Positions 31,379 through 42,081 are shown, numbered from the stretch's first letter. The stretch: DNA of 64,000 nucleotides from Vicinamibacteria bacterium (GCA_964291235.2 OZ219815.1:256001-320000), one strand, 5' to 3'. Made by a program: numbers and translations. The notes: a model not told the origin generated them from the letters alone.

Positions 31379-33537
31379 CCGTCCTCGCACTCCTGCTCGG
31401 CCTCGCCGCCGGCCCCGCCTCCGCCCAGGAGGAGCACGACGACGGGCACGCGCAGGTGCTCGACATCCCGCTGGTGGACGAACTACCGGTCGCCGACGGA
31501 CGGCTGGACGAGGAGGTCTGGGCGCGCGCCGCCGTCGCCGACGGATTCATCCAGACCGAGCCGGTGGACGGCGCCGAGCCCACCTACGCCACCGAGGTAC
31601 TCGTGGCCTACACGCGGGATGCGCTGCTGGTCGGCGCCCGGATGGAGGACGACGACCCGGCGGCGATCGTCGCCCGCGAGTACCGGCGCGACGCCGACCT
31701 CGAGAGCGACGACAACTTCTTCATCGTGCTCGACACCTACCACGACCACCGGAGCGCGGTCTTCTTCAGCACGAACCCGGTGGGGACCCGGCAGGACGGG
31801 CTCGTCCAGAACGAGGGCGCGGCGATCAACCGCGAGTGGGACGGCGTCTGGCGGGTGGGGTCGCGGCGGACCGAGGACGGCTGGGTCACCGAGATGGTGA
31901 TCCCCTTCGAAACGCTTCGCTTCCCGCGCGGAACTCCGGAGTTCGGGGTCAACTTCGGCCGGCAGGTCGCCAGGACCCGCGAGATCAGCTTCTGGGCCCC
32001 CATCGACACCGACTGGGGCTTCAACGCGATGTGGCGGGTCTCCGCTTACGGGGTCATGCACGGGATGGAGAGCGCGAATCCCGGCGGGCGCATCAAGGTG
32101 AAGCCGTTCGGGGTCGCCGGGATCACCGGCGAGGGCGAGGAGCGGGCCGGCACCGCCGATCTCGGGCTCGACGCCAAGGTGGCGCTCGGATCCAACCTGA
32201 ACCTGGACATGACGGTGAACACCGACTTCGCCCAGGTGGAAGCCGACGAGCAGCAGGTGAACCTGACCCGCTTCGAACTGTTCTTCCCCGAGCAGCGCGA
32301 GTTCTTCCTCGAAAACGCCGGGCTCTTCCTGGTAGGCGAGGCCAACCGGCCCTTTGAACCGCCGGAGACCTTCCTCTTCTTCAGCCGCCGGATCGGGCTC
32401 TCCGAGGACGGCGAGATCATCCCGATCGTCGGCGGGGCGCGCATCACCGGCAAGCTGGGGCGGACCGATGTCGGCGCCTTTCACATCCGCCAGCAGGAGT
32501 TCGAGGGGGTGTCCCCGGCGACCGGGTTCTCTGCGGTGCGCCTCCGGCGGGACGTGCTGGAGCGCAGTTCGGTCGGCGTGATGGCGCTCGACCGGACCGA
32601 GTCCGGCGGCGACTCCCACCGGCTGGGCGCCGGCGACTTCTCCTGGGCGCCCACCGAGGCGGTGACGATCGGCGGCTTCGCGGCCCGGAGTTCGACGGCG
32701 GGCGTCGAGGGGCGCGAGTCGGCCTTCGGGCTCAACGGCCAGGTGGGGAACGACCGCTGGAACGTCTTCACGACCTACACCGACATCGGCGAGGGGTTCC
32801 GGTCGGAGATGGGGTTCGTGCCGCGGACCGGGGTCCGGAAGATGCGGGTGGACGGGCTCTGGAGCCCGCGAATCAACCGCTTCGGGATCCGACAGATCTT
32901 CATGGGCCCCAACTACATCCGCATCACCGAGCCCGACGGCTCGATCCAGACGCACAACGTCGGCTTCGGCCCCTTTTTCCTCTTCAACGACGGCAGCCAG
33001 TTCTTCTTCGCGTTCTCCCGGAACACCGAGGGTCTCAGCGAGTCGTTCGAACTTCGCGACGGCGTGACCATCTCCGAGGGCCAGTACTCGACGAACGACT
33101 TCATGGCGATGACCGAGACCTCGCGGAGCCGCCCGATCTCGTTCCAGATGTTCCACCTCAACAACGGGTTCTTCGACGGCCGGCTCCGGGTGTACTCGCC
33201 GGGAGTCGCCGTCCGCCCGCACCCCCGGGTGCGGCTCCAGGTGAACTACTCGCGGAGCGAGATCCGCCTCCCGCAGGAGGACGGCGAGTTCAATACGAAC
33301 CTGGTGGTGCTGCGGGGGCTGCTGGCGCTGTCGCCCGACGCCTTCGTGCGGGGGCTCCTGCAGTGGAACGACGACGACGGAAACTTCTCCGGGAACGTCC
33401 AGCTCCGCTGGAACTACCGTCCGGGAAGCGACGTTTACCTCGTCTATAACGAGCGGCGGCCGTACGGCATGGAAAGCTCGGAACCGGCGTACCGGGAGCT
33501 GCTCGCCAAGCTGACCTGGTACTGGGTGCCGGGTTAG
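31345..33537 (+). CDS. DUF5916 protein (CBM9-like N-terminus plus putative outer-membrane barrel)
   Basis: Signal peptide; DG.LDE..W, LDTY.D, NTDFAQVEAD..QVNLTRF.LFFPE.R.FFLE, FFSRRIG. Confidence 0.85.
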   Translation: MDVLRVRTRGVAVLALLLGLAAGPASAQEEHDDGHAQVLDIPLVDELPVADGRLDEEVWARAAVADGFIQTEPVDGAEPTYATEVLVAYTRDALLVGARMEDDDPAAIVAREYRRDADLESDDNFFIVLDTYHDHRSAVFFSTNPVGTRQDGLVQNEGAAINREWDGVWRVGSRRTEDGWVTEMVIPFETLRFPRGTPEFGVNFGRQVARTREISFWAPIDTDWGFNAMWRVSAYGVMHGMESANPGGRIKVKPFGVAGITGEGEERAGTADLGLDAKVALGSNLNLDMTVNTDFAQVEADEQQVNLTRFELFFPEQREFFLENAGLFLVGEANRPFEPPETFLFFSRRIGLSEDGEIIPIVGGARITGKLGRTDVGAFHIRQQEFEGVSPATGFSAVRLRRDVLERSSVGVMALDRTESGGDSHRLGAGDFSWAPTEAVTIGGFAARSSTAGVEGRESAFGLNGQVGNDRWNVFTTYTDIGEGFRSEMGFVPRTGVRKMRVDGLWSPRINRFGIRQIFMGPNYIRITEPDGSIQTHNVGFGPFFLFNDGSQFFFAFSRNTEGLSESFELRDGVTISEGQYSTNDFMAMTETSRSRPISFQMFHLNNGFFDGRLRVYSPGVAVRPHPRVRLQVNYSRSEIRLPQEDGEFNTNLVVLRGLLALSPDAFVRGLLQWNDDDGNFSGNVQLRWNYRPGSDVYLVYNERRPYGMESSEPAYRELLAKLTWYWVPG

Positions 33538-33569
33538 CTCCCTCCCCGGCAACGCCGAAGGGGCAGGCC

Positions 33570-34298
33570 ATGAAGCGACTGACCGACTACCGGGTTCTGA
33601 CCTTCGACTGCTACGGGACGCTGATCGACTGGGAAACCGGAATCTGGGAGGCCCTGCAGCCCCTGATCGGACTGAACGGCGCGGCCCTCAAGCGGGCCGA
33701 AGCGCTTGGCGCTTTCGCCCGCTTCGAAGGACATCACGAGCGCGCCACCCCCGAACTCCGCTACCCGGAACTCCTCCGGCGCGTGCACCGGGATCTCGCC
33801 GCGAGCTTCGGCCTCAGGACGGACCGCGAACTCGACCGGGTCTTCGGGGCCTCGGTCCACCGCTGGCCGGCATTTCCGGACAGCGCCGCGGCGCTCGCCG
33901 TGCTGAAACGCCACTTCCGGCTGGTCATCCTGTCGAACGTGCACCGCGTGGGCATCGCCGCCTCGGCCAGGCGGCTCGGAGTCGAGTTCGACGCCTGCTA
34001 CACCGCCGAGGACATCGGCTCCTACAAGCCGTCGGACGCGAATTTCGAGTACCTGCTCGTTCACCTGAAGACGGACTTCGGGCTCGAGCGGAGGCACGTG
34101 CTCCACACCGCGCAGAGCCTCCACCACGACCACGTCCCGGCGAACCGGTTCGGGCTGGCGAGCGCCTGGATCGACCGCCAGCGGCTCTCCGAGGGCGGGG
34201 ACTGGGGCGCCACGGCCCACGTCGCGACGATGCCCAAGCTCGACTTCACGTTTTTCACGCTGGGCGAGATGGCGGACGCGGTCGCCGCGGAGATTTAG
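33570..34298 (+). CDS. HAD-family hydrolase (haloacid dehalogenase type II-like)
   Basis: TFDCYGTLIDWE, ILSNV, GSYKPS, HTAQSL.HDH. Confidence 0.9.
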   Translation: MKRLTDYRVLTFDCYGTLIDWETGIWEALQPLIGLNGAALKRAEALGAFARFEGHHERATPELRYPELLRRVHRDLAASFGLRTDRELDRVFGASVHRWPAFPDSAAALAVLKRHFRLVILSNVHRVGIAASARRLGVEFDACYTAEDIGSYKPSDANFEYLLVHLKTDFGLERRHVLHTAQSLHHDHVPANRFGLASAWIDRQRLSEGGDWGATAHVATMPKLDFTFFTLGEMADAVAAEI

Positions 34299-34408
34299 CC
34301 GGGATTTCTCATACCTCATGGCCCAAGATGCCGCGCGGATCACGTCAACCTGTTGATGATGTCGGGAGAAACGCGTCAGGCGCGGACCCCGACCGGACGG
34401 ACAGCGTG

Positions 34409-34589
34409 CAGGCACGGGAACGCCGACCTCCAGGTCGGCACAGCGGCGCGTAGCGCCGCGGGCGGTTCTTCGCCGCTCGCGCTCGCGGGGTCCTCTCCGA
34501 GAGAGGGAGCCATCCCGGCCAGCCAGGTCCGTCCCGCCGCCCGCCTACGGCGGGCTGTGCCGGCCTGGAGGCCGGCGTTCCCGTGCCTG
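34409..34589. repeat. Inverted pair of family A REPs (REPIN-like)
   Basis: CAGGCACGGGAACGCCGACCTCCAGGTCGGCACAGC ... GCTGTGCCGGCCTGGAGGCCGGCGTTCCCGTGCCTG between convergent genes. Confidence 0.82.
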
Positions 34590-34699
34590 TCCGACATCAA
34601 GGCTGGTCGGGTTCCCGCCGAGAGGAGAACCATCCCGCATCGATCTCTGCGCCGGAAGTATGAGAAATCCGGGCTAGGAAACACCCGGCCTCACCGGAG

Positions 34700-35566
34700 T
34701 CAGCCCAGCGCCACCCGGTCCACCACCAGCACCAGGATGAGCGCCGGCACGTAGGCAATCGATGCTCTCAGCACCCGGCGCGCGTCGGGGACCCCGCGGC
34801 TCCAGGCGAACTCGGCGGCCGCGGTCATGAACCAGATCGCGAGCGCGGCGGCGCCGACGAAGTAGAGCCAACCCGTAAGCGACAGCGCGGCCGGCCAGAG
34901 GCTCAGCGCTGCGAGCAGCACGGTGAAGAACAGCGTCTGGCGCACGGTCGAGCGGCCCGAGGGGTCCACCGCCGGGAGCATCACGAAACCCCCCTTCCCG
35001 TAGTCGTCGCGGTACATCCAGGCGAGCGGCAGGAAGTGCGCCATCTGCCAGGCGACGAGGATGGAGAACATCGCGATGCCGCCCCAGCCGACGGACCCGG
35101 TAGCCGCGGACCAGCCGCAGAGCGCGGGCAAGGCGCCCGGGACGGTACCGATCAGGGTGTTCCAGTGCGTCCGGCGCTTCAGGGGCGTGTACACGAACAG
35201 GTAGAGCAGGACCGTGAGCAGCGTCAGCCCGCCGGTCAGGAGGTTCAAGAATCCGCCCAGCAACCCGGTTCCGGCCACCGCCAGCCCGATCCCGCTGGCG
35301 AGCGCGGCCGCCGGCGAGAGGCGTCCGGACGGCAGCGGACGCCCCCGCGTCCGGCGCATGCCGGCGTCGTGATCCCGCTCGACCCAGTGGTTCAGGGCGC
35401 CCGCGCCGCCGCTCGCGAGCGTGACGCCGGCGAGCAGAAGGAGCAGCCGGCCCCAGTCGAACAGCTCCGCGGGCGCCAGCAGGAACCCTCCTGCCGACGA
35501 GAGCGCGACGACCAGCGCGATCTCGGGCTTGGTGAGTTCGAGATAGGGGGTAAGCGTGCGCGTCAA
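34700..35566 (-). CDS. ctaB: Protoheme IX farnesyltransferase (heme o synthase)
   Basis: LTKP.I, N...E...D..M.RT..RPLPSG, YTPLKRRT, WQ..HF. Confidence 0.94.
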   Translation of the reverse strand: MTRTLTPYLELTKPEIALVVALSSAGGFLLAPAELFDWGRLLLLLAGVTLASGGAGALNHWVERDHDAGMRRTRGRPLPSGRLSPAAALASGIGLAVAGTGLLGGFLNLLTGGLTLLTVLLYLFVYTPLKRRTHWNTLIGTVPGALPALCGWSAATGSVGWGGIAMFSILVAWQMAHFLPLAWMYRDDYGKGGFVMLPAVDPSGRSTVRQTLFFTVLLAALSLWPAALSLTGWLYFVGAAALAIWFMTAAAEFAWSRGVPDARRVLRASIAYVPALILVLVVDRVALG

Positions 35567-35569
35567 GGT

Positions 35570-36499
35570 TCAGCCTGCCGCGGCGGGTCTGCGGCCCCAG
35601 CGGTGGGTGGCGAGCACGGCGAGCACCGCACCGGCCATCAGGAAAGCGCCGACCACCGCGTGCGAGGTGTTCACCACCGCCTGCAGGTTGCTCGGCTGCA
35701 GCATCCCGGCGTCGTCCAGGGTCACGAAGTACGCGGTCAGCCCGAGAATCAGTTGCACGTCCACCAGGCCGGCGAGGACCCAGGCCCCCCGGTAGAGCAC
35801 GCGCGCATCCCGATGCTCGCTCCAGACCCGGAGCAGAAAAGCCGCGACCACGGCGGCGACCAGGACCGCCCCGGCGATGTGGAGGCCGACCAGCAGGGGA
35901 TGGATGCCGGTGCCCGGGTGGCGAAGCAGCGCGCCGAGGATGATCTGGAACCAGACGGCGCCGGGGACGGCCAGCGCGAGCCGCCAGAGCCGGACGTCCC
36001 GGTTTTCAGCCGTCCCCCCGGCGCCCTGCCACCAGTGCGAGGTGAATACCGCCATCGCCACGATCAGGCCGAGGAAGAGTTGCGCGGTCGCGGCGTGGAT
36101 CACCGCCAGGTCGAGCGACAGCCACACCACCCGAAGCCCGCCCAGCAGGCCCTGGAAGGACACCAGGGCCAGCGCGCCGACCGCGAGCCAGCGCAGCCAG
36201 CGCCGGGACTCGGCGAACCAGGTCCACACCGCGAGCACCGTGGTCAGCAGTCCGACCAGCATCCCGAGGAGCCGGTGGCCGTGCTCCGCGAGGAGCGGCG
36301 TGATCCGCCACCACCCCGGCCAGGGGTTGAAGGGGTCGTAGGAGTCGTAGGACGAGGGCCAGTCGGGAACGGCCAGACCGGCCTCGATGCTGGTGACGAA
36401 CGCGCCCCACCCCATGAGCACGAGCGTGGCCAGGGCGGTCAGGACGGTGAAGCGGCGCCGCCACCGCATGTGGGCTGACCCGTCCGAAGTTCTCACCAT
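35570..36499 (-). CDS. ctaA: Heme A synthase (COX15/CtaA)
   Basis: AGLAVPDWP, EHGHR, QG.LGGLRV, conserved His in TM helices; upstream of ctaB. Confidence 0.9.
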   Translation of the reverse strand: MVRTSDGSAHMRWRRRFTVLTALATLVLMGWGAFVTSIEAGLAVPDWPSSYDSYDPFNPWPGWWRITPLLAEHGHRLLGMLVGLLTTVLAVWTWFAESRRWLRWLAVGALALVSFQGLLGGLRVVWLSLDLAVIHAATAQLFLGLIVAMAVFTSHWWQGAGGTAENRDVRLWRLALAVPGAVWFQIILGALLRHPGTGIHPLLVGLHIAGAVLVAAVVAAFLLRVWSEHRDARVLYRGAWVLAGLVDVQLILGLTAYFVTLDDAGMLQPSNLQAVVNTSHAVVGAFLMAGAVLAVLATHRWGRRPAAAG

Positions 36500-36568
36500 T
36501 TGGAGGCCGCCGAACGATAGCGGGGACGGCGCTCGGCGCCGAGCCTCCGAATCAGAAAGCTCTGCGTC

Positions 36569-37063
36569 TCAACCCCGCCGCCGGTAGAACGCGATCAGGT
36601 CCTGGCTCCGGGGGGGCTCGGCGCCGAGCTGGCGCAGCATCGTCGTCACCTGCCCCCGGTGGAAGCTCCCGTGGTTCACGATCTGTTGCAGCATGTGCGA
36701 GAAGACCGAGCCGGTCGGCCGCCCGCGATGGACGTAGTCGATCACCCGGTCCACGCCATCCGCTCCGAGCCCTCCCAGGAACGCCCGCACCCGCCGCTCT
36801 TCCTCGCTCCAGCGCGCACGAACGTCCTCCACCGTCTCGAAATCGTCGGCGGTCAGTTGCCCGTCCGGGGTGGTTCCCTCCCAGCGCGAACACCAGAACC
36901 ATTCAGCGAACACCAGGTGCACGAGCGTGTCGCGGATGGAGCCGAAGCTGTTCCCGAGATCCCGGCGGAACTCCTCGGGAGTGAGCCGTTCGACCGCGTC
37001 CAGCGCGCGGTCACGCGCCCAGTAGTGATAGTCGAGGAGGGTGGTCAGGTCTTCGTGCGTCAT
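36569..37063 (-). CDS. DinB family protein
   Basis: YH.WA, SFGSIRDTL.H, NHGSFHRGQ. Confidence 0.9.
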   Translation of the reverse strand: MTHEDLTTLLDYHYWARDRALDAVERLTPEEFRRDLGNSFGSIRDTLVHLVFAEWFWCSRWEGTTPDGQLTADDFETVEDVRARWSEEERRVRAFLGGLGADGVDRVIDYVHRGRPTGSVFSHMLQQIVNHGSFHRGQVTTMLRQLGAEPPRSQDLIAFYRRRG

Positions 37064-37122
37064 GCCGCCAGCGTACCGCCGGCCGAACTCCGGCCCGATC
37101 GACTCCGATACCGTAGGGGGCC

Positions 37123-37725
37123 GTGACCTGGGCCCAGCTCCTCGCCTTCAATGTCACCCTGCTCGTCGCGATGGCGACCCCCGGTCCGGCGCTGCTCGTC
37201 GCGGTCCAGACGAACCTGAGCACGGGGCGCCGCGGCGGGATCGCGGTGGGCGCCGGCCTCGGCCTGGTGGCCGCGACCTGGACGCTGATGGCCCTGATCG
37301 GGTTCGCGGCGATCTTCGAGCTGTTTCCGGCCGTGTACGTGGGGGCGAAGACCGCGGGCGCCGTGTACCTCCTCTACCTCGCCTACCGGATGTGGCGGGA
37401 CGCCTCCACCCCGGTCGGCACGTTGCCCGAGCCGGCGCGCCGCGCGTTCCGGCACGGCCTCCTCATCAATCTCTTCAACCCGAAAGCAGTCCTCTTCGCG
37501 GCGGCGGTTCTGATCGCGATCTTCCCGGGCGGCCTGAGCCTCGGAAACAGTGTGGCGATCGCGCTGAACCACCTCCTGATCGAACTCTCGTTCTACACGG
37601 CGCTCGCCGTGTGTCTCAACACCGAGGCGGTCACCGGCCGCTACCTCCGCGCCCGGACCTGGATCGACCGGGGCGCGGCGGCGGTGCTCGGCGCGCTGGG
37701 ACTGCGGATCCTGCTCAGCCGCTGA
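37123..37725 (+). CDS. LysE/RhtB family translocator
   Basis: TPGPA, GAVYLLYL, F..G...NL.NPKA. Confidence 0.9.
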   Translation: MTWAQLLAFNVTLLVAMATPGPALLVAVQTNLSTGRRGGIAVGAGLGLVAATWTLMALIGFAAIFELFPAVYVGAKTAGAVYLLYLAYRMWRDASTPVGTLPEPARRAFRHGLLINLFNPKAVLFAAAVLIAIFPGGLSLGNSVAIALNHLLIELSFYTALAVCLNTEAVTGRYLRARTWIDRGAAAVLGALGLRILLSR

Positions 37726-37737
37726 CGCCGGGCCACC

Positions 37738-38520
37738 ATGAGCTCATTCCCGACCCGCTACGGGAGGTGGGCGGTGGTGGCGGGCGCTTCGGAGGGACTC
37801 GGCGAGGCCTTCGCCGCGGCGCTCGCCGAACGGGGCATGAACGTGGTGATGGTGGCGCGCCGCGGCCGCATCCTGGAGGCGATCGGAGAGCGGCTCGCCG
37901 CCGAGCACGGGGTCGAGGTCCGCAGCCTGGAACTCGATCTTTCCGACCCGGGGTTCCCGGAGACCCTGAAGGACGCCACCCGCGACCTCGACCTCGGGGT
38001 GCTCGTCTATAACGCCGCCTTCGTGCCGATGGGCCCGTTCCTCGACCACGACGAAACCGCCATCGAGCAAGCGGTGGACGTCAACGTCCGCGGGCCGCTG
38101 CGGCTGGTGCGGGCGCTCGCGCCGGTGCTCAAGGAGCGCGGCCGGGGCGCGGTCGTGCTCATGTCCTCGCTGTCCGGCCTGCAGGGGTCGCCCCGCATCT
38201 CCTTGTACGCGGCCACCAAGGCGTTCAACACGATCTTCGCCGAGGGCCTCTGGTACGAGCTGGCGCCCTACGGAATCGAGGTAGCCGCCTGCGTCTCCGG
38301 CGCGGTCCCCACTCCCGGCTACCTGGAGCGCTTCAAGCGCGAGGCGCCCGGCATGCTGTCGGCCGACGAGGCCGTCCGCCAGACCCTCGACCGGCTCGGC
38401 AAGGGGCCGCGCATCGTCCCGGGGCGGTTCAACCGGTTCGCACACCAGCTCGTGAGGCGCCTCCTGCCCCGCCGGACGGCGATCCGCCTCCTCGCGAAGA
38501 GCACGACGCACGTGGGATGA
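37738..38520 (+). CDS. SDR oxidoreductase (17-beta-HSD / 3-ketoacyl reductase-like)
   Basis: YG.WAVVAGASEGLG, VYNAA, YAATKAF. Confidence 0.88.
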   Translation: MSSFPTRYGRWAVVAGASEGLGEAFAAALAERGMNVVMVARRGRILEAIGERLAAEHGVEVRSLELDLSDPGFPETLKDATRDLDLGVLVYNAAFVPMGPFLDHDETAIEQAVDVNVRGPLRLVRALAPVLKERGRGAVVLMSSLSGLQGSPRISLYAATKAFNTIFAEGLWYELAPYGIEVAACVSGAVPTPGYLERFKREAPGMLSADEAVRQTLDRLGKGPRIVPGRFNRFAHQLVRRLLPRRTAIRLLAKSTTHVG

Positions 38521-39599
38521 CCGATCTGCTGGTCGGGTTCTTCGCGCCCTGGGCGGTGTTCGCCGGGATCTTCGCGCTGCACCTCGTGCTGCCGGCGCGC
38601 CGGGTGCCGGGCTACGTGCGGGATGAACGGACGGGCGAATTCCTGCGCTATCGCCTCAACGGCCCGCGGGTGTTCCTGGTCACCGTGGGCGCGTGGTTCG
38701 CCGCCGGGGCGAACGGCGTCATGCCCTGGGACTGGCTCTGGCAGCACCGCTGGTCCGGCGCGGCGGGCGCGATGACCCTGGGCCTCGTGGTTTCCGCCGC
38801 CGTGGTGCTGACCGCGCCCGGAGGCACGGGCGCCCTGCTCCGGGAGCTCTACCTCGGACGCCGGGTCAACCCGCAGCCGTTCGGCGGCCGCGCCGACGCC
38901 AAGATGTTCCTCTACCTGGCGGGCGCCGTGCTGCTGGAGCTGAACCTCCTCTCCTTCGCCGCCCACCATGTCCTCAGTTATCCGGACGACCCGTCTCCGG
39001 GAATCGTGCTCTACGTCGCGCTGTTCACGTGGTTCGTCGGCGACTACCTCGTCTTCGAGCGCGTCCACCTCTATACCTACGACCTCTTCGCGGAGCGGGT
39101 GGGGTTCAAGCTCGTGTGGGGCTGCCTTTGCTGGTATCCGTACTTCTATGGCGTGGGACTGTGGTCGGTGGCGGATCTCCCGAACCCGGAGGCGCCGAGC
39201 TGGCTGCTGGCCCTTGCCGCCGCCCTCTTCTTCGCCGGCTGGACGCTGTCCCGGGGCGCGAACCTCCAGAAGTTCCACTTCAAGCGGGACCCCGCGAGGA
39301 GTTTTCTCGGAATCCGGCCGCGGACTCTCGGGGAGGGCGAACGCCGCCTGCTCGTCAGCGGCTTCTGGGGCGTGTCACGTCATGTCAATTACTCGGGTGA
39401 AATCCTCATGGCGGTCGGCCTGGCGCTCGCGCTGGGACGGCCGGGGATGCTCGGGCCGTGGCTCTATCCGCTCTACTACCTAGCGCTCCTCGTCCCGCGG
39501 GAGCGCGACGACGACCGGCGCTGCGCGGCCAAGTACGGTTCGCTCTGGGAGCGGTACCGGAAGGAGGTGCCCTGGCGCATCGCGCCACGGATCTATTGA
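38517..39599 (+). CDS. ERG4/ERG24-family sterol reductase-like membrane protein
   Basis: YRLNG, LYLGR..NP, YDLFAERVGFKL.WG, AN.QK..FK, LL.SGFWG.SRH.NY.GE, RE.DD..RC..KYG..W..Y...VPWRI.P.IY. Confidence 0.88.
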   Translation: MTDLLVGFFAPWAVFAGIFALHLVLPARRVPGYVRDERTGEFLRYRLNGPRVFLVTVGAWFAAGANGVMPWDWLWQHRWSGAAGAMTLGLVVSAAVVLTAPGGTGALLRELYLGRRVNPQPFGGRADAKMFLYLAGAVLLELNLLSFAAHHVLSYPDDPSPGIVLYVALFTWFVGDYLVFERVHLYTYDLFAERVGFKLVWGCLCWYPYFYGVGLWSVADLPNPEAPSWLLALAAALFFAGWTLSRGANLQKFHFKRDPARSFLGIRPRTLGEGERRLLVSGFWGVSRHVNYSGEILMAVGLALALGRPGMLGPWLYPLYYLALLVPRERDDDRRCAAKYGSLWERYRKEVPWRIAPRIY

Positions 39600-39608
39600 G
39601 GAGGGTCG

Positions 39609-40805
39609 ATGAGAAAACTCGCAATCGGACTGCTGGGGCTCTTCCGGCGAGCGTCCCTGCTGATGCTCCGGCTGCGGGGGAAGACACCGGCGGACGCCGC
39701 CGCCGAGCGGGTGGTCACTGGCCGGGCGTGGGACGAGTTCTGCGACACGTTGAAGGCCGCCGGGGCGGCGCTCCACTACCCCGGCGCTCCCCGGAATGCG
39801 TTCGACCAGGCGGAGGGCTACCGCTATCTGAGCCGGCTGACCCGCGCCGGGCTCATGGCGTTCGTAGAGCACGCCGACCCGCGGGCGCCGGTGCTCCACC
39901 GGGTGGCAAACGAGACGGTCAAGCTGGGCAGCGACAACCCCGACAACCACTACCAGACGGCCGCCATCCGCGGCGATTGGGACTACCGGATCTCGGGCCG
40001 GCGGAACACCGTCCGGTATCTCGGCTTCGGCACCCAGGCGGGGCACTACGGACAGGGTGGCGGGCTGCCGCCGACGGGCTACGTCGAGGCCAGCGAACTC
40101 GAGATCGGCGCCGACGGCCGCTTCGAGCTGGTCGTCAGCAGCCGGCCCCACGAGGGGAACTGGCTCCCCATGACCCCGGAGACCCGGACGCTGATCGTCC
40201 GTCAGACGTTCCTCGACCGCGAGACCGAAACCCCGGCCGACCTGCGCATCGAGCGGATCGGGTGCCCGGACGACGAAAGGCGCCCCGGTCCCCTGACTCC
40301 CGAAAAGCTCGACGAGGGCCTGAAGTCCGCCGGCACCCTGGTGGCGGGCGCCGCGATGCTCTTCGCGAAGTGGGCCCGCGGCTTCCAGAAGCACACGAAC
40401 ACCCTGCCCCGGTTCGATCCGGAGGTTTCCCTCAAGGCGGGCGGCGACCCGAACATCGCGTATTTCCACAGTCACTGGGCGCTCGCCGCGGACGAAGCGC
40501 TGGTGATCGAGACGACGCCGCCCGCGTGCGAACACTGGAACTTCCAGGTGAACAACTACTGGATGGAGTCGCTGGACTACCGCCACCACCGGGTCCACAC
40601 CAACAAGCACCTCGCGCACGCCGAGGGGGACGGCTCGGTGCGCCTCGTTGTCGCCCACGAGGATCCCGGGCTCCCGAACTGGCTGGAGACCGCCGGCCAC
40701 ACCTCGGGCACCATGTGCTTTCGCTGGATCCGGGCGGACGAACACCCCGAGCCGCGGACCCGGGTGGTGAAGCTGGCGGAGCTACGCGCGGAATCCGGGC
40801 CGTGA
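39609..40805 (+). CDS. DUF1214-domain protein
   Basis: AEGYRYL.R, DNPDN.Y, NYWMESLDYR, DG....VVAH.DPG.PNWL.T.GH. Confidence 0.8.
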   Translation: MRKLAIGLLGLFRRASLLMLRLRGKTPADAAAERVVTGRAWDEFCDTLKAAGAALHYPGAPRNAFDQAEGYRYLSRLTRAGLMAFVEHADPRAPVLHRVANETVKLGSDNPDNHYQTAAIRGDWDYRISGRRNTVRYLGFGTQAGHYGQGGGLPPTGYVEASELEIGADGRFELVVSSRPHEGNWLPMTPETRTLIVRQTFLDRETETPADLRIERIGCPDDERRPGPLTPEKLDEGLKSAGTLVAGAAMLFAKWARGFQKHTNTLPRFDPEVSLKAGGDPNIAYFHSHWALAADEALVIETTPPACEHWNFQVNNYWMESLDYRHHRVHTNKHLAHAEGDGSVRLVVAHEDPGLPNWLETAGHTSGTMCFRWIRADEHPEPRTRVVKLAELRAESGP

Positions 40806-42079
40806 CCCCGCGCGAGACCTCGACCGACTACGCCCGGCCCTACCGCCCGCGGTCCGTCGCGCTCCTCAACCGGGCGGGACGGCTGGCGCGGCGGTTCGGC
40901 CTCGGCGGCGCCCTGAACGTGGACCGGATGATCGCCGCGGCGCGACGGAAGACCGGGCTGTCCGACTTCGGCGACGAGTGGTTCCTCGCGCCCCTCCGCG
41001 TCCTCGTCGATTCCATCAACCGGGAGGCGCGGCTGACGCCGATGGGCGCCCTGATCCAGCGTTCCCGGCTGGTGTCGGCCCTGGCCATCCGGCTGCGCGC
41101 CGAGCGCCTCCTGCGGGAACACCCGGAGATCCGCGATCTGGACCTCGGCAGGGTCATCGTGATCGCCGGGCTCCAGCGCACCGGCACGACCCTGCTGCAC
41201 CGGCTGATCGCCGCCGATCCCGGAGTACGCGCCCTCCGGTCCTGGGAAGCGCTGAGCCCCGTGCCGCTCCCCGGCGAAAGGCCCGGCGATCCCCGGCGCC
41301 GGGTCCGGGGGGCGAAGCTGGCGGCGCGGGCGATCCGGTTCCTGGCGCCGGACTTTCTCGCCGTCCATCCGGTCGAACCCGACGCAACGGAAGAAGACGT
41401 GCTGTTGCTCGACGTGTCCTTCATGAGCCAGTCGCCGGAGGCCACGATGCACGTGCCGGCGTACTCCCGCTGGCTCGAAGCCCAGGATCACACCAGGGCC
41501 TACGCATACCTGGCCACCCTGCTCCGGATCCTGCACTGGCAGCATCCGGGCCGGTACTGGGTGCTGAAGACGCCCCATCACCTGGAACATCTCGATGTCC
41601 TGCTGGACGCCTTCCCAAACGTGTGCGTCGTCCAGACGCATCGCGATCCGAAGGAATCCGTGCCGTCGTTCTGGAGTATGGTGGCCCACGCCAGAGGGAT
41701 GCTGAGCGACCAGGTGGACGCGCGTGAGGTCGCTGCGCACTGGCTGCGCAAGACGCGCCGGATGCTGGAGCGCTCCACGGACGTGCGAAAAGCGAGACCG
41801 GACGGGGCGTTCGTGGACGCCTCCTACCGCGACCTGGTCGGGGATCCGCTCGGCGAGCTGCGCCGGGTGTACGAGGCGGCGGGCGCCACCTTCACCGACG
41901 AGGCCGAGGCTGCCGCGAAGGCCGCCCTGGCGCAGAACGTGAAGAACCGCTACGGCCGGCACATCTACTCGGCGGCGAGCTTCGGTTTCGACGGCCGGGC
42001 CCTCGACGAGCACTTCGGCTTCTACCGGCGGGCGTACGACGTTCCCGACGCGGCGGGCGCCGGGAAGGGCAACCCGTAG
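40802..42079 (+). CDS. PAPS-dependent sulfotransferase (Sulfotransfer_3 family)
   Basis: IAGLQRTGTTLLH (5'-PSB loop), WVLKTP.H, THRDP (3'-PB); GTG overlaps the upstream stop. Confidence 0.9.
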   Translation: MTPRETSTDYARPYRPRSVALLNRAGRLARRFGLGGALNVDRMIAAARRKTGLSDFGDEWFLAPLRVLVDSINREARLTPMGALIQRSRLVSALAIRLRAERLLREHPEIRDLDLGRVIVIAGLQRTGTTLLHRLIAADPGVRALRSWEALSPVPLPGERPGDPRRRVRGAKLAARAIRFLAPDFLAVHPVEPDATEEDVLLLDVSFMSQSPEATMHVPAYSRWLEAQDHTRAYAYLATLLRILHWQHPGRYWVLKTPHHLEHLDVLLDAFPNVCVVQTHRDPKESVPSFWSMVAHARGMLSDQVDAREVAAHWLRKTRRMLERSTDVRKARPDGAFVDASYRDLVGDPLGELRRVYEAAGATFTDEAEAAAKAALAQNVKNRYGRHIYSAASFGFDGRALDEHFGFYRRAYDVPDAAGAGKGNP

Positions 42080-42081
42080 CG

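Noticed and set aside
39458-40801. 873-aa sulfotransferase fusion
   Set aside because: The N-terminal half is an Arg/Pro/Gly-rich alternate frame over DUF1214; the real start is GTG 40802, overlapping the upstream stop
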